From positions 29,300-93,299 of the forward strand of contig JAPJNA010000048.1 in the NCBI GenBank assembly GCA_026461395.1: 64,000 bases of DNA, written 5' to 3'. Below, piece by piece: positions 1-7,524 of the stretch (positions are counted from its first letter, which is position 1; the number at the start of each line of letters is the position of its first letter). Source of the DNA: Chthoniobacterales bacterium. GTDB taxonomy: Bacteria; Verrucomicrobiota; Verrucomicrobiia; Chthoniobacterales; UBA6821. The notes beneath the pieces were generated by a model. It saw only the letters and a list, made by a program, of their open reading frames with translations, ran no database searches and was not told the origin of the DNA. Made by a program: the position numbers and the translations under genes.

Positions 1-130
1 CATTTGTGGCAAAGATCCGATCGGAGACTGCGGCGCAGAGTGAACCATGGACGCAAGCTCAGCTACAGGCAATTCCCCCGGTGAAAGATTCCGCCCCTGC
101 GGCAGCTCCTGCCACCAAATAACGACTGCC

Positions 131-1066
131 ATGACTTCAGTATTCAATAAAAAAAACTCCTTTTACCGATTCCTTACCAAGGGGCTTGGTCTCTTTTTGT
201 TTCTGCTCGCGATGTCGGGCACTTTGATGGCCGAGGAGCGCGCTGGAAATATCTACGGCCTCCCACCCTGCGTCACGACAACAGGCCTCCAGATCGACTT
301 CATCATCAAGATCATCTTCTGGCTCACGGCCGTGGTCTTCGTCCTTGTCCAGGGAACCTACACTTACTACCTCATTGCTTATCGTCGGCGTCCGGGAGTT
401 CCGGCGCATTACAGCCACGGCAACAACACCCTTGAGATCATCTGGACCACGCTGCCGACGATCATCTTCCTTGCGCTCGCCATTTACAGCAACCGCGTCT
501 GGGAGGAGATCCATCGTCCCGCCCCAGAGAACGCGCTGACAATCGACGTCTCCAGCTACCAATTCGGCTGGGAAATGCGCTATCCCGGAGTCAGCGGGAA
601 GTTGGCGCCGATGGACGTGAAAAAAATCTCCCCGACAAACCGATGGGGAACCGATGCCGAGGATCCACGCACTGCTCAGGATGTGATCTCCACCGAGCTG
701 GTGATCCCTGTTGGGCGCCCCGTCCATGTGTTGCTGCATGCACGAGACGTGATCCACTCCTTCTACGTCCCCGAATTTAGGCTCTACCAAGACTGCGTCC
801 CCGGCCGCACGATCGGATGGGTCTGGTTCCAGGCGATCCGCACCGGGGACTTCCAACTCGCCTGCAACCAACTCTGCGGCACCGGCCACTACAACATGAA
901 GGCCCCCATCCGTGTTGTTTCCGAGGAGGCATTCCAAGAATGGCTCGTTCCTCGGCAGCAGAAAAACGCAGGAATCCTACCAACTGCTCCTTCTACTCCT
1001 CTTGCTACACCGAGTCCCGCAAAGGCGGCATCCTTGACGGCAAAATCACCCGACAATACACTTTAG
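131..1066 (+). CDS. coxB: cytochrome c oxidase subunit II (aa3-type, no fused cytochrome c)
   Basis: ORF 47..1066. CuA ligand pattern HSFYVPEF ... CNQLCGTGHYNM (C-x3-C-x3-H-x2-M). The internal ATG at 131 gives a signal-peptide-like N-terminus (MTSVFNKKNSFYRFLTKGLGLFLFLLA), so 131 is preferred over 47. No CxxCH motif. Confidence 0.9.
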   Translation: MTSVFNKKNSFYRFLTKGLGLFLFLLAMSGTLMAEERAGNIYGLPPCVTTTGLQIDFIIKIIFWLTAVVFVLVQGTYTYYLIAYRRRPGVPAHYSHGNNTLEIIWTTLPTIIFLALAIYSNRVWEEIHRPAPENALTIDVSSYQFGWEMRYPGVSGKLAPMDVKKISPTNRWGTDAEDPRTAQDVISTELVIPVGRPVHVLLHARDVIHSFYVPEFRLYQDCVPGRTIGWVWFQAIRTGDFQLACNQLCGTGHYNMKAPIRVVSEEAFQEWLVPRQQKNAGILPTAPSTPLATPSPAKAASLTAKSPDNTL

Positions 1067-1070
1067 AAAC

Positions 1071-2858
1071 ATGAGCGCATCACTTACCCACGAGAGCGGG
1101 GCGTCCGTGGAGATCCACGGCGAAAATCATCATGGTGACCACGGGCACGGGAAGCACGGGATCATGCATTACCTTTGGAACACCGATCACAAGATGATCG
1201 CTCTTCAGTTCCTCTGGTCGGCCACCTTGTTCCTGGTCTTGGGTGGAGCCATGGCGATCGCGATGCGCTGGCAGCTCGCCTTCCCCGGTCATCCGGTACC
1301 AATCATCGGGCACCTGCTCCCCCACGGCATCGTGAACGACGACGGGGCGATCATTCCGAGCGGTTACAACGTGCTAGTCACCATGCACGGAACAATTCTC
1401 GTCTTCTTCGTCGCGATGCCCCTTCTCATCGGGGTTTTCGGCAATTTCCTCATTCCCCTCAAGATCGGGGCGGGAGACATGGCTTTCCCGGCTCTGAACG
1501 AATTGAGCTACTGGCTTTTTGCCCTTTCCGGCGTGGTTATGATGGCTTCTTTCTGGGTGCCAGGGGGTGCTCCAGGAACAGGTTGGACGGCCTACGCGCC
1601 GCTCAGCAGCTTTGCCCCCTACAACCAGACCCCGATGGGGCAGACGTTCTGGTGCACGGCACTCTTCCTTAATGGGCTCTCCTCGATCACTGGTGCCGTG
1701 AACTACATCACGACCGTGATCACCATGCGCGCTCCCGGCATGACGATGTTCAGGATGCCGCTGCCAGTCTGGGCGATTTTCCTCACGGCGATCCTCCTAA
1801 TTCTTGCAATTCCCGTTCTTTCAGCAGCCGCTGCGCTCATCATTTTTGACCTCAACTTCGGCACTACCTTCTTCAAGCCGTCTGGTTACGGACAACCGCT
1901 TCTCTGGCAGCATCTCTTCTGGTTTTTCGGGCACCCAGAGGTCTACATCTTGATCCTGCCTGCGATGGGACTCACGTCTGAGATTCTCTCGGTCTTTTCC
2001 CGTAAGCCAGTCTTCGGATACAAGGCAATGGTCTGGGCCATGATCTCCATCGGTTTCCTCGGCTTCATCGTCTGGGGTCACCACATGTACGTCAGTGGCA
2101 TGAACCTAACACTCAGCGCCGCCTTCTCCGTCTCGACGATGGTCATTGCGGTTCCGAGCGCGATCAAAACCTTCAACTGGATGGGTACCATCTGGCGCGG
2201 ATCCATCCACTACACCGTGCCGATGGCTTTTGCAGTTTCGTTTGTCTCCATGTTCGTCATTGGCGGCCTCAGCGGCATCTTCATGGCCTCCACGCCGGTG
2301 GATCTCTTCGTCCACCACACTTACTTCATCGTCGCCCACTTCCACTACGTTCTCTTCGGGGGCAGCATGTTCGCGATCTTCGCAGCCGTTTACTTCTGGT
2401 TCCCGAAGATGTCCGGGCGGATGTTCAACAATACCCTGGGCTGGATCCATTTCTGGATGACATTGGTCTTCTTCAACCTGACCTTCTTCCCGATGCACAA
2501 CCTCGGCCTCGGCGGCATGATGCGCCGCATCGCCGACCCCACCGTCTACGACTGCCTGCGTCAACTACAACCGCTGAATGTTGTCTGCACCATCGGCGCC
2601 ATGGGCCTCGGCTTGGGCACGATTCCCTTCATTGTGAACATCGTCTGGAGCATGTTCAACGGGCCGAAGGCTCCTGCGAATCCTTGGAACTCCACCACCC
2701 TTGAGTGGACCGTCTCCCATCCGATTCCGCACGGGAATTTCTCGGTGATTCCAACTGTCTACCATGGTCCTTACGAGTACAGTGTGCCCGGACTGGAAAA
2801 AGATTACCTGCCTCAGAACGAGAAGGCCCCAGCTCACATCACGCTCGAGGCTCATTAG
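1071..2858 (+). CDS. coxA: cytochrome c oxidase subunit I
   Basis: 595 aa and polytopic. Heme-copper oxidase signatures WFFGHPEVYILILP, GHHMYVSG and HFHYVLFGG. Confidence 0.95.
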   Translation: MSASLTHESGASVEIHGENHHGDHGHGKHGIMHYLWNTDHKMIALQFLWSATLFLVLGGAMAIAMRWQLAFPGHPVPIIGHLLPHGIVNDDGAIIPSGYNVLVTMHGTILVFFVAMPLLIGVFGNFLIPLKIGAGDMAFPALNELSYWLFALSGVVMMASFWVPGGAPGTGWTAYAPLSSFAPYNQTPMGQTFWCTALFLNGLSSITGAVNYITTVITMRAPGMTMFRMPLPVWAIFLTAILLILAIPVLSAAAALIIFDLNFGTTFFKPSGYGQPLLWQHLFWFFGHPEVYILILPAMGLTSEILSVFSRKPVFGYKAMVWAMISIGFLGFIVWGHHMYVSGMNLTLSAAFSVSTMVIAVPSAIKTFNWMGTIWRGSIHYTVPMAFAVSFVSMFVIGGLSGIFMASTPVDLFVHHTYFIVAHFHYVLFGGSMFAIFAAVYFWFPKMSGRMFNNTLGWIHFWMTLVFFNLTFFPMHNLGLGGMMRRIADPTVYDCLRQLQPLNVVCTIGAMGLGLGTIPFIVNIVWSMFNGPKAPANPWNSTTLEWTVSHPIPHGNFSVIPTVYHGPYEYSVPGLEKDYLPQNEKAPAHITLEAH

Positions 2859-2864
2859 GCCCCC

Positions 2865-3923
2865 GTGGGCCGACCGATCGTGATGCGCGGAGAAATCACC
2901 TGCGACGACTCAGGAGTTCGAGTCATCACTGCCCCGGTGCCATGGGTTCACCGGATTGCTTGGATTGTCGCGACGGCAACATTCCTGCTGATTGTCGTCG
3001 GAGGATTGGTTACTTCTAAGGGGGTGGGAATGTCCGTTCCCGATTGGCCGACCACGTATGGCTACAATATGTTTCTCTTTCCCTTCTCCAAGTGGGTGGG
3101 TGGGATCTTCTGGGAGCATTCGCATCGGCTTCTTGCCTCGGGCGTGGGACTGCTCACGCTCATCCTCGCCGGGGCAACATTCCTTAAGGATCGACGCAGT
3201 TGGGTGCGTTGGCTTGCTGTGATCGCAGTGCTTGCCGTGACGATTCAGGGAGTACTCGGTGGTCTACGCGTGACCCTCTACAAGGATCAGATCGGGATCT
3301 TCCACACAGCTCTTGCACAGAGTTTCTTCGGCCTCCTCCTGATCATTATTGCCATCACTGGCAAGGGATTCCTTCGTGGTGCGTGGTTTGCGAATCGGGC
3401 CGCTGCATCAATGCGGTGGCTGGTGTTGGCTGGACTGGTGCTCACCTACTTCCAGATTGGAGTAGCAGCCACCATTCGTCATCAGCATGCACCGCTCGCG
3501 ATCCGAGACTTCCCTACAGCCTATGGACGCCTCATTCCTAAAACCAGCCCCGAGGCCCTTGCGGAAATCAATACAGCACGGCAAGCCGACAAGATGGCTC
3601 CCGTCACAGCGGGACAGATTTACCTTCAACTTGCCCACCGGGCCGGTGCTGTCGTTCTCCTCGTGATCGTGATCGTTACGGCGATCCTGTCGGTATCACG
3701 GACACCCTTAGGTCACTGGCTCAGGGCTTGGAGCCTGCTCTGGGTGGGTGCTATTCTGCTACAAATCCTGCTCGGTGCAGTGACGATCTGGTCCAACAAG
3801 GCGGCTGATGCCGCCACAGCACACATGGCGATGGGTGCCTTACTCACCGGATTCGCCATCCTCTTCACCTTTCGGCTTTTCTGCGCCTCTTCTGCCCCCT
3901 TGCACAAGGAGATACCGGCGTGA
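2865..3923 (+). CDS. ctaA: heme A synthase (COX15/CtaA family)
   Basis: 352-aa multi-TM protein with the paired His-containing helices typical of CtaA (WEHSHRLLASGVG, IRHQHAP, AATAHMAMG). It lies between coxA and ctaB. Start is ambiguous: GTG 2865, or GTG 2880 / ATG 2883. Confidence 0.85.
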   Translation: MGRPIVMRGEITCDDSGVRVITAPVPWVHRIAWIVATATFLLIVVGGLVTSKGVGMSVPDWPTTYGYNMFLFPFSKWVGGIFWEHSHRLLASGVGLLTLILAGATFLKDRRSWVRWLAVIAVLAVTIQGVLGGLRVTLYKDQIGIFHTALAQSFFGLLLIIIAITGKGFLRGAWFANRAAASMRWLVLAGLVLTYFQIGVAATIRHQHAPLAIRDFPTAYGRLIPKTSPEALAEINTARQADKMAPVTAGQIYLQLAHRAGAVVLLVIVIVTAILSVSRTPLGHWLRAWSLLWVGAILLQILLGAVTIWSNKAADAATAHMAMGALLTGFAILFTFRLFCASSAPLHKEIPA

Positions 3924-4828
3924 GTAACCAAAAGCAAGCAGTGGAAGCGCCTGCAAAACCTGTCGGCCTAGTTTCGAATCTGAGCGAGCTGTCTAAGGCC
4001 CGCCTCTCGTTCCTCGTCCTGCTAACTACGCTAGTGGGGTTCCTGCTCGGTTGGCGTGGCCCGATGGACTACACGCTACTAACGGCTACACTGCTCGGCA
4101 CAGCGCTGAGCGCGGCCGGCGCCTCAGCTCTCAATCAGTGGTTGGAACGTGATCTGGATGCCTTGATGCCCCGCACGGCGGACAGGCCTCTACCAGCCCG
4201 TAGAATGCACCCTGCCGACGCCCTACTCTTTGGTCTTCTCTGCAGTGCGAGTGGGCTCGCGCTCTTGGGGTTTTTGGTGAATCCCCTGACTGCCTTCCTT
4301 GCGGGGCTGACCATTGCGATCTACGCGGCGCTCTACACGCCGATGAAGCGATTCAGTGAGTTGAACACACTGCTCGGTGCCATCCCTGGCGCGCTTCCTC
4401 CGCTGCTGGGCTGGACTGCAGCCACCGGTCACACGGGGCTTGGGGGCTGGATCCTCTTTCTGATCCTCTGGTTCTGGCAGATGCCCCATTTTCTTGCGAT
4501 TGCCTGGCTCTACCGTGATCAATACGCCGCCGCTGGGTTCAAGATGCTCAGCACGCGTGATCCCGAAGGGTGGGCTACCGGATGGCAAGCCTTGATCTAT
4601 TCGGCGGCTCTTCTGGCCGTGTCGCTCCTGCCAGGCATGGTCGGAATGGCTTCGCCTTATTATTTCTTTGCGGCATTGGCCTTGGGTGCCGCCATGATGT
4701 TCTTGGCAGCTGATTTTCTGCGGACGCGAACCAAGGTCTCGGCACGACGGCTTTTCTTTGCCTCTATCCTCTATCTTCCCTTGCTCTTGGGAGCCCTCAT
4801 CGCCTTTTCACAGGCATCCGACGCATGA
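3920..4828 (+). CDS. ctaB: protoheme IX farnesyltransferase (heme O synthase, UbiA family)
   Basis: 302 aa. UbiA-type motifs NQWLERDLDALMPRTADRPLP and YRDQYAAAGFKML. The GTG start overlaps the ctaA stop (GTGA at 3920-3923). Confidence 0.9.
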   Translation: MSNQKQAVEAPAKPVGLVSNLSELSKARLSFLVLLTTLVGFLLGWRGPMDYTLLTATLLGTALSAAGASALNQWLERDLDALMPRTADRPLPARRMHPADALLFGLLCSASGLALLGFLVNPLTAFLAGLTIAIYAALYTPMKRFSELNTLLGAIPGALPPLLGWTAATGHTGLGGWILFLILWFWQMPHFLAIAWLYRDQYAAAGFKMLSTRDPEGWATGWQALIYSAALLAVSLLPGMVGMASPYYFFAALALGAAMMFLAADFLRTRTKVSARRLFFASILYLPLLLGALIAFSQASDA

Positions 4829-4950
4829 CGCCTCCCAAAAACCGCAAAAGTCAGATTGCAGTTCTCGTCGGCCTGATCGCTTTTGCGCTCGCCCTATGCG
4901 CTCTGGTCGTGGTCATGATGTTGCTGCGCGGCCCAGCCGTGTCGTATTGA
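4825..4950 (+). CDS. 41-aa single-pass membrane micro-protein (not in ORF track)
   Basis: Hand translation: MTPPKNRKSQIAVLVGLIAFALALCALVVVMMLLRGPAVSY*. Its ATG overlaps the ctaB stop (ATGA at 4825-4828). It has a basic N-terminus plus one hydrophobic helix and fills the ctaB-coxC gap. Confidence 0.4.
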   Translation: MTPPKNRKSQIAVLVGLIAFALALCALVVVMMLLRGPAVSY

Positions 4951-4971
4951 TTACACCATCATTTCTTTCAG

Positions 4972-5628
4972 ATGAACAACGCCGCCTATAATAACGCCTC
5001 GATCTTCCATGCGCCCACGGCCCCGGAAGCAATAGAGCATGACCATCATGCCGCGCCTCCGACACCACCTGCCACTTGCAAGCTGGGCATGTGCATTTTC
5101 CTCTGTTCCGAGGCATTGCTTTTCAGCGGACTGATCACCGCATACCTCGTGCTTCGGCAGGCGGCGGGATCCTGGCCCCCGAACTTCGGGGATGGCATCG
5201 AGCTTCCCCCAATGCCGAAGCTTCTTACCGGCATCAACACGGTGATCTTAGTGTCCAGTTCCTTTGTCTATCACTTTGCCGAAGTGGCGGTGAAAAAAGG
5301 GAAATCCGGCGCGGGATGGATGCTCCTCTCAGCTCTGATGGGAGCAACGTTTGTCGGCATCCAGTGCATCGAGTGGACGGAGCTCTACCATGAGGGCCTC
5401 TGGTTCAACAAGGGTGGTGTCTACGGCTCCACTTTCTTCACGCTCACGGGATTCCACGGCGCCCATGTCTGCATTGGCGTTCTCCTGATCCTCTGGTGCT
5501 TTTTCCTTCAGGTGACCAAGGGGACCTTCACGGCAAAGCGTCATGTCGCCCTGGAAAACGTCGGCCTCTACTGGCACTTCGTGGACGTGGTCTGGGTTCT
5601 CCTCTTTACGATTCTCTACCTCATCTGA
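4972..5628 (+). CDS. coxC: cytochrome c oxidase subunit III
   Basis: 218 aa. Subunit III-like helices FTLTGFHGAHVCIGV and GLYWHFVDVVWVLLF. Confidence 0.9.
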   Translation: MNNAAYNNASIFHAPTAPEAIEHDHHAAPPTPPATCKLGMCIFLCSEALLFSGLITAYLVLRQAAGSWPPNFGDGIELPPMPKLLTGINTVILVSSSFVYHFAEVAVKKGKSGAGWMLLSALMGATFVGIQCIEWTELYHEGLWFNKGGVYGSTFFTLTGFHGAHVCIGVLLILWCFFLQVTKGTFTAKRHVALENVGLYWHFVDVVWVLLFTILYLI

Positions 5629-5652
5629 TTTTCAGAACTCATTGGAAGCCTT

Positions 5653-6327
5653 GTGACAGAGAAGTCAACGAACGAGGTGGGATCTTCACCCAAGAGGCTT
5701 CCCTTTCTGGCATGGGTCATCGCGTTTTTGGTGGCTGGCCTCCTGATTGCCGGAGCGAACCGACTCTTCCGGGGCTCCGAGAGGAAGACGACTGATGCGA
5801 ATTTAGTGATCGGCACTGTTCCCGACTTTCAGTTCACGACCCAGGATGGAAGCATACTCTCGAAGGCCGACCTGCTTGGGAAAGTGTGGGTGGTCGATTT
5901 CTTTTTCACCCGCTGTCCCGGCCCCTGCCCCGTGATGTCCTCACGGATGGCTGAGATCTCCAAAGAACTCAAAAAGGCCAAGGATGTGCGACTGGTCTCC
6001 GTTTCCATTGATCCAGAAAACGATACTCCCGCTGTCCTCTCGGCGTATGCCAAGCGTCTGAATGCCGACCCGAGCCGATGGAGCTTCCTGACCGGACCTA
6101 AAAAAGAGATCGATGCATTCACCACCAAAGGGATGCTTCAGGTGCTGGCTACAGATCCGGCCGGTGTTCCTACTCACTCGACCCGCTTTCTGCTCGTGGA
6201 TCGGGAAGGGAGGATCCGTTCCGCACGGAAGTTGGAGGAGCCGGAGTTGGTGCAAAAGCTTTTGATCGACATCGGAAGTCTCCTGCGTGAACCTAAAGCT
6301 GTACAGTCCACACCATCAGTGCCATGA
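5653..6327 (+). CDS. SCO1/SenC family copper chaperone (thioredoxin fold)
   Basis: 224 aa with an N-terminal TM anchor. CxxxC motif FFFTRCPGPCP and a downstream conserved His (PTHSTRFLLVD). Located in the cox cluster. Confidence 0.85.
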   Translation: MTEKSTNEVGSSPKRLPFLAWVIAFLVAGLLIAGANRLFRGSERKTTDANLVIGTVPDFQFTTQDGSILSKADLLGKVWVVDFFFTRCPGPCPVMSSRMAEISKELKKAKDVRLVSVSIDPENDTPAVLSAYAKRLNADPSRWSFLTGPKKEIDAFTTKGMLQVLATDPAGVPTHSTRFLLVDREGRIRSARKLEEPELVQKLLIDIGSLLREPKAVQSTPSVP

Positions 6328-6587
6328 AGTTCCTGAAGCCTTCCCTTGTTCTGTCGGCCCTTTTACTGGCCGTTCAAAGTACTGTTGCCTGTCCTGACTG
6401 CGCTCTGAAGAGCTCCGGCGGCCTCATTGAACCACAGACCATGACTGCCAAGATGGCCTTCTCCTCCAGCACCCTGCTCCTGCTGGGCGTTTTCTTTTCG
6501 GTAGTGGGCTTCATGATCTGGATCATGGTCAAGACCTGCCGAGAGTTGAATCAGGAGCGCACCCTCTCCTCCTCACCGAACAGCTGA
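6324..6587 (+). CDS. small exported CxxC protein with C-terminal TM anchor
   Basis: 87 aa. Signal peptide MKFLKPSLVLSALLLAVQSTVA is followed directly by CPDC. C-terminal hydrophobic helix LLLLGVFFSVVGFMIWIMV. ATGA overlap with the sco stop at 6324-6327. Confidence 0.55.
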   Translation: MKFLKPSLVLSALLLAVQSTVACPDCALKSSGGLIEPQTMTAKMAFSSSTLLLLGVFFSVVGFMIWIMVKTCRELNQERTLSSSPNS

Positions 6588-6605
6588 GGAGATATTGAGG
6601 CAGGC

Positions 6606-7043
6606 ATGAAGGTTACCGATCTCCCGGCAGTCAACGCCACCCTCAACGGGATCAGCACTCTACTGATCACTACCGGATGGATTATGATCAAGACGGAGCG
6701 CAAGCGCGCCCACGCAGCCTGCATGCTTGGAGCGATCCTGACCTCAGCCGCCTTTCTGGCCTGTTATCTAGTCTACCATTTCCTGAAGGCTGGTCATGTC
6801 ACTTACTTCACCTATCCGGGGTGGCCCAAGGCCCTCTACCTCTTGATTCTTGGCACCCACACACCCCTTGCGATCGCTGTGGTCCCGATGATCATCCTCA
6901 CCATCATCCCGGCTCTTCGTCAGCGCTTTGATGCCCACAAGAGGATTGCACGCTGGACACTCCCTATCTGGCTCTATGTTTCGGTTACGGGTGTGCTCGT
7001 TTACTTCATGCTCTACGTATGGTTTCCCTCCGCGAAGATCTGA
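6606..7043 (+). CDS. DUF420 family membrane protein (CtaM-like, oxidase-associated)
   Basis: 145 aa, 4 predicted TM helices. The N-terminus LPAVNATLNGISTLLITTGW resembles DUF420 proteins commonly linked to cox operons. Confidence 0.7.
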   Translation: MKVTDLPAVNATLNGISTLLITTGWIMIKTERKRAHAACMLGAILTSAAFLACYLVYHFLKAGHVTYFTYPGWPKALYLLILGTHTPLAIAVVPMIILTIIPALRQRFDAHKRIARWTLPIWLYVSVTGVLVYFMLYVWFPSAKI

Positions 7044-7090
7044 CCGGCACGAATTCCCCTCCGCCCGGTTCGGGGATCGAGCGGACCGGT

Positions 7091-7504
7091 ATGCTGGATG
7101 CCTTTGCCCACGACACCCGCGAAGATGTCTTGGTGCTTGCGATGTTCGAGACCCGTTCATGGGAGCATGGAGAGCGACAACTCTTCCAACTCCAGGAGAA
7201 GCTGAATGCCTATGTCTCCTTCATCCTAGACGGTGAGATGAAGGAAAACTTTCCCCATCTGCAGGGAAAACCTGTGCGTATTGAACTCCGTACTTCCGAG
7301 GAACCTTCTGAGAAGGCAATGGGCTTTCTTGGAAGGGCCCGCGACCAACTCGCACTCCAGCAGATCAGCCTTGAGGTTGTCGTGATCGGCGAAGTTGATG
7401 CAGACAGTGGGGGTTGCTGCGGAGGAAATGCGGAGACCGGGTGCTGCGGCAGCTCTCAGGTTGTTGATCAGCAGGCGAATGGTTCCTGCGGGTGCGCCCA
7501 TTAA
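7091..7504 (+). CDS. hypothetical cytoplasmic protein with Cys-rich C-terminal tail
   Basis: ORF 7019..7504. The ATG at 7091 avoids overlapping DUF420. The tail DADSGGCCGGNAETGCCGSSQVVDQQANGSCGCAH contains two vicinal CC pairs plus CGC-AH. Confidence 0.5.
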   Translation: MLDAFAHDTREDVLVLAMFETRSWEHGERQLFQLQEKLNAYVSFILDGEMKENFPHLQGKPVRIELRTSEEPSEKAMGFLGRARDQLALQQISLEVVVIGEVDADSGGCCGGNAETGCCGSSQVVDQQANGSCGCAH

Positions 7505-7524
7505 TTTCGCCATCTTTTCAGCCC

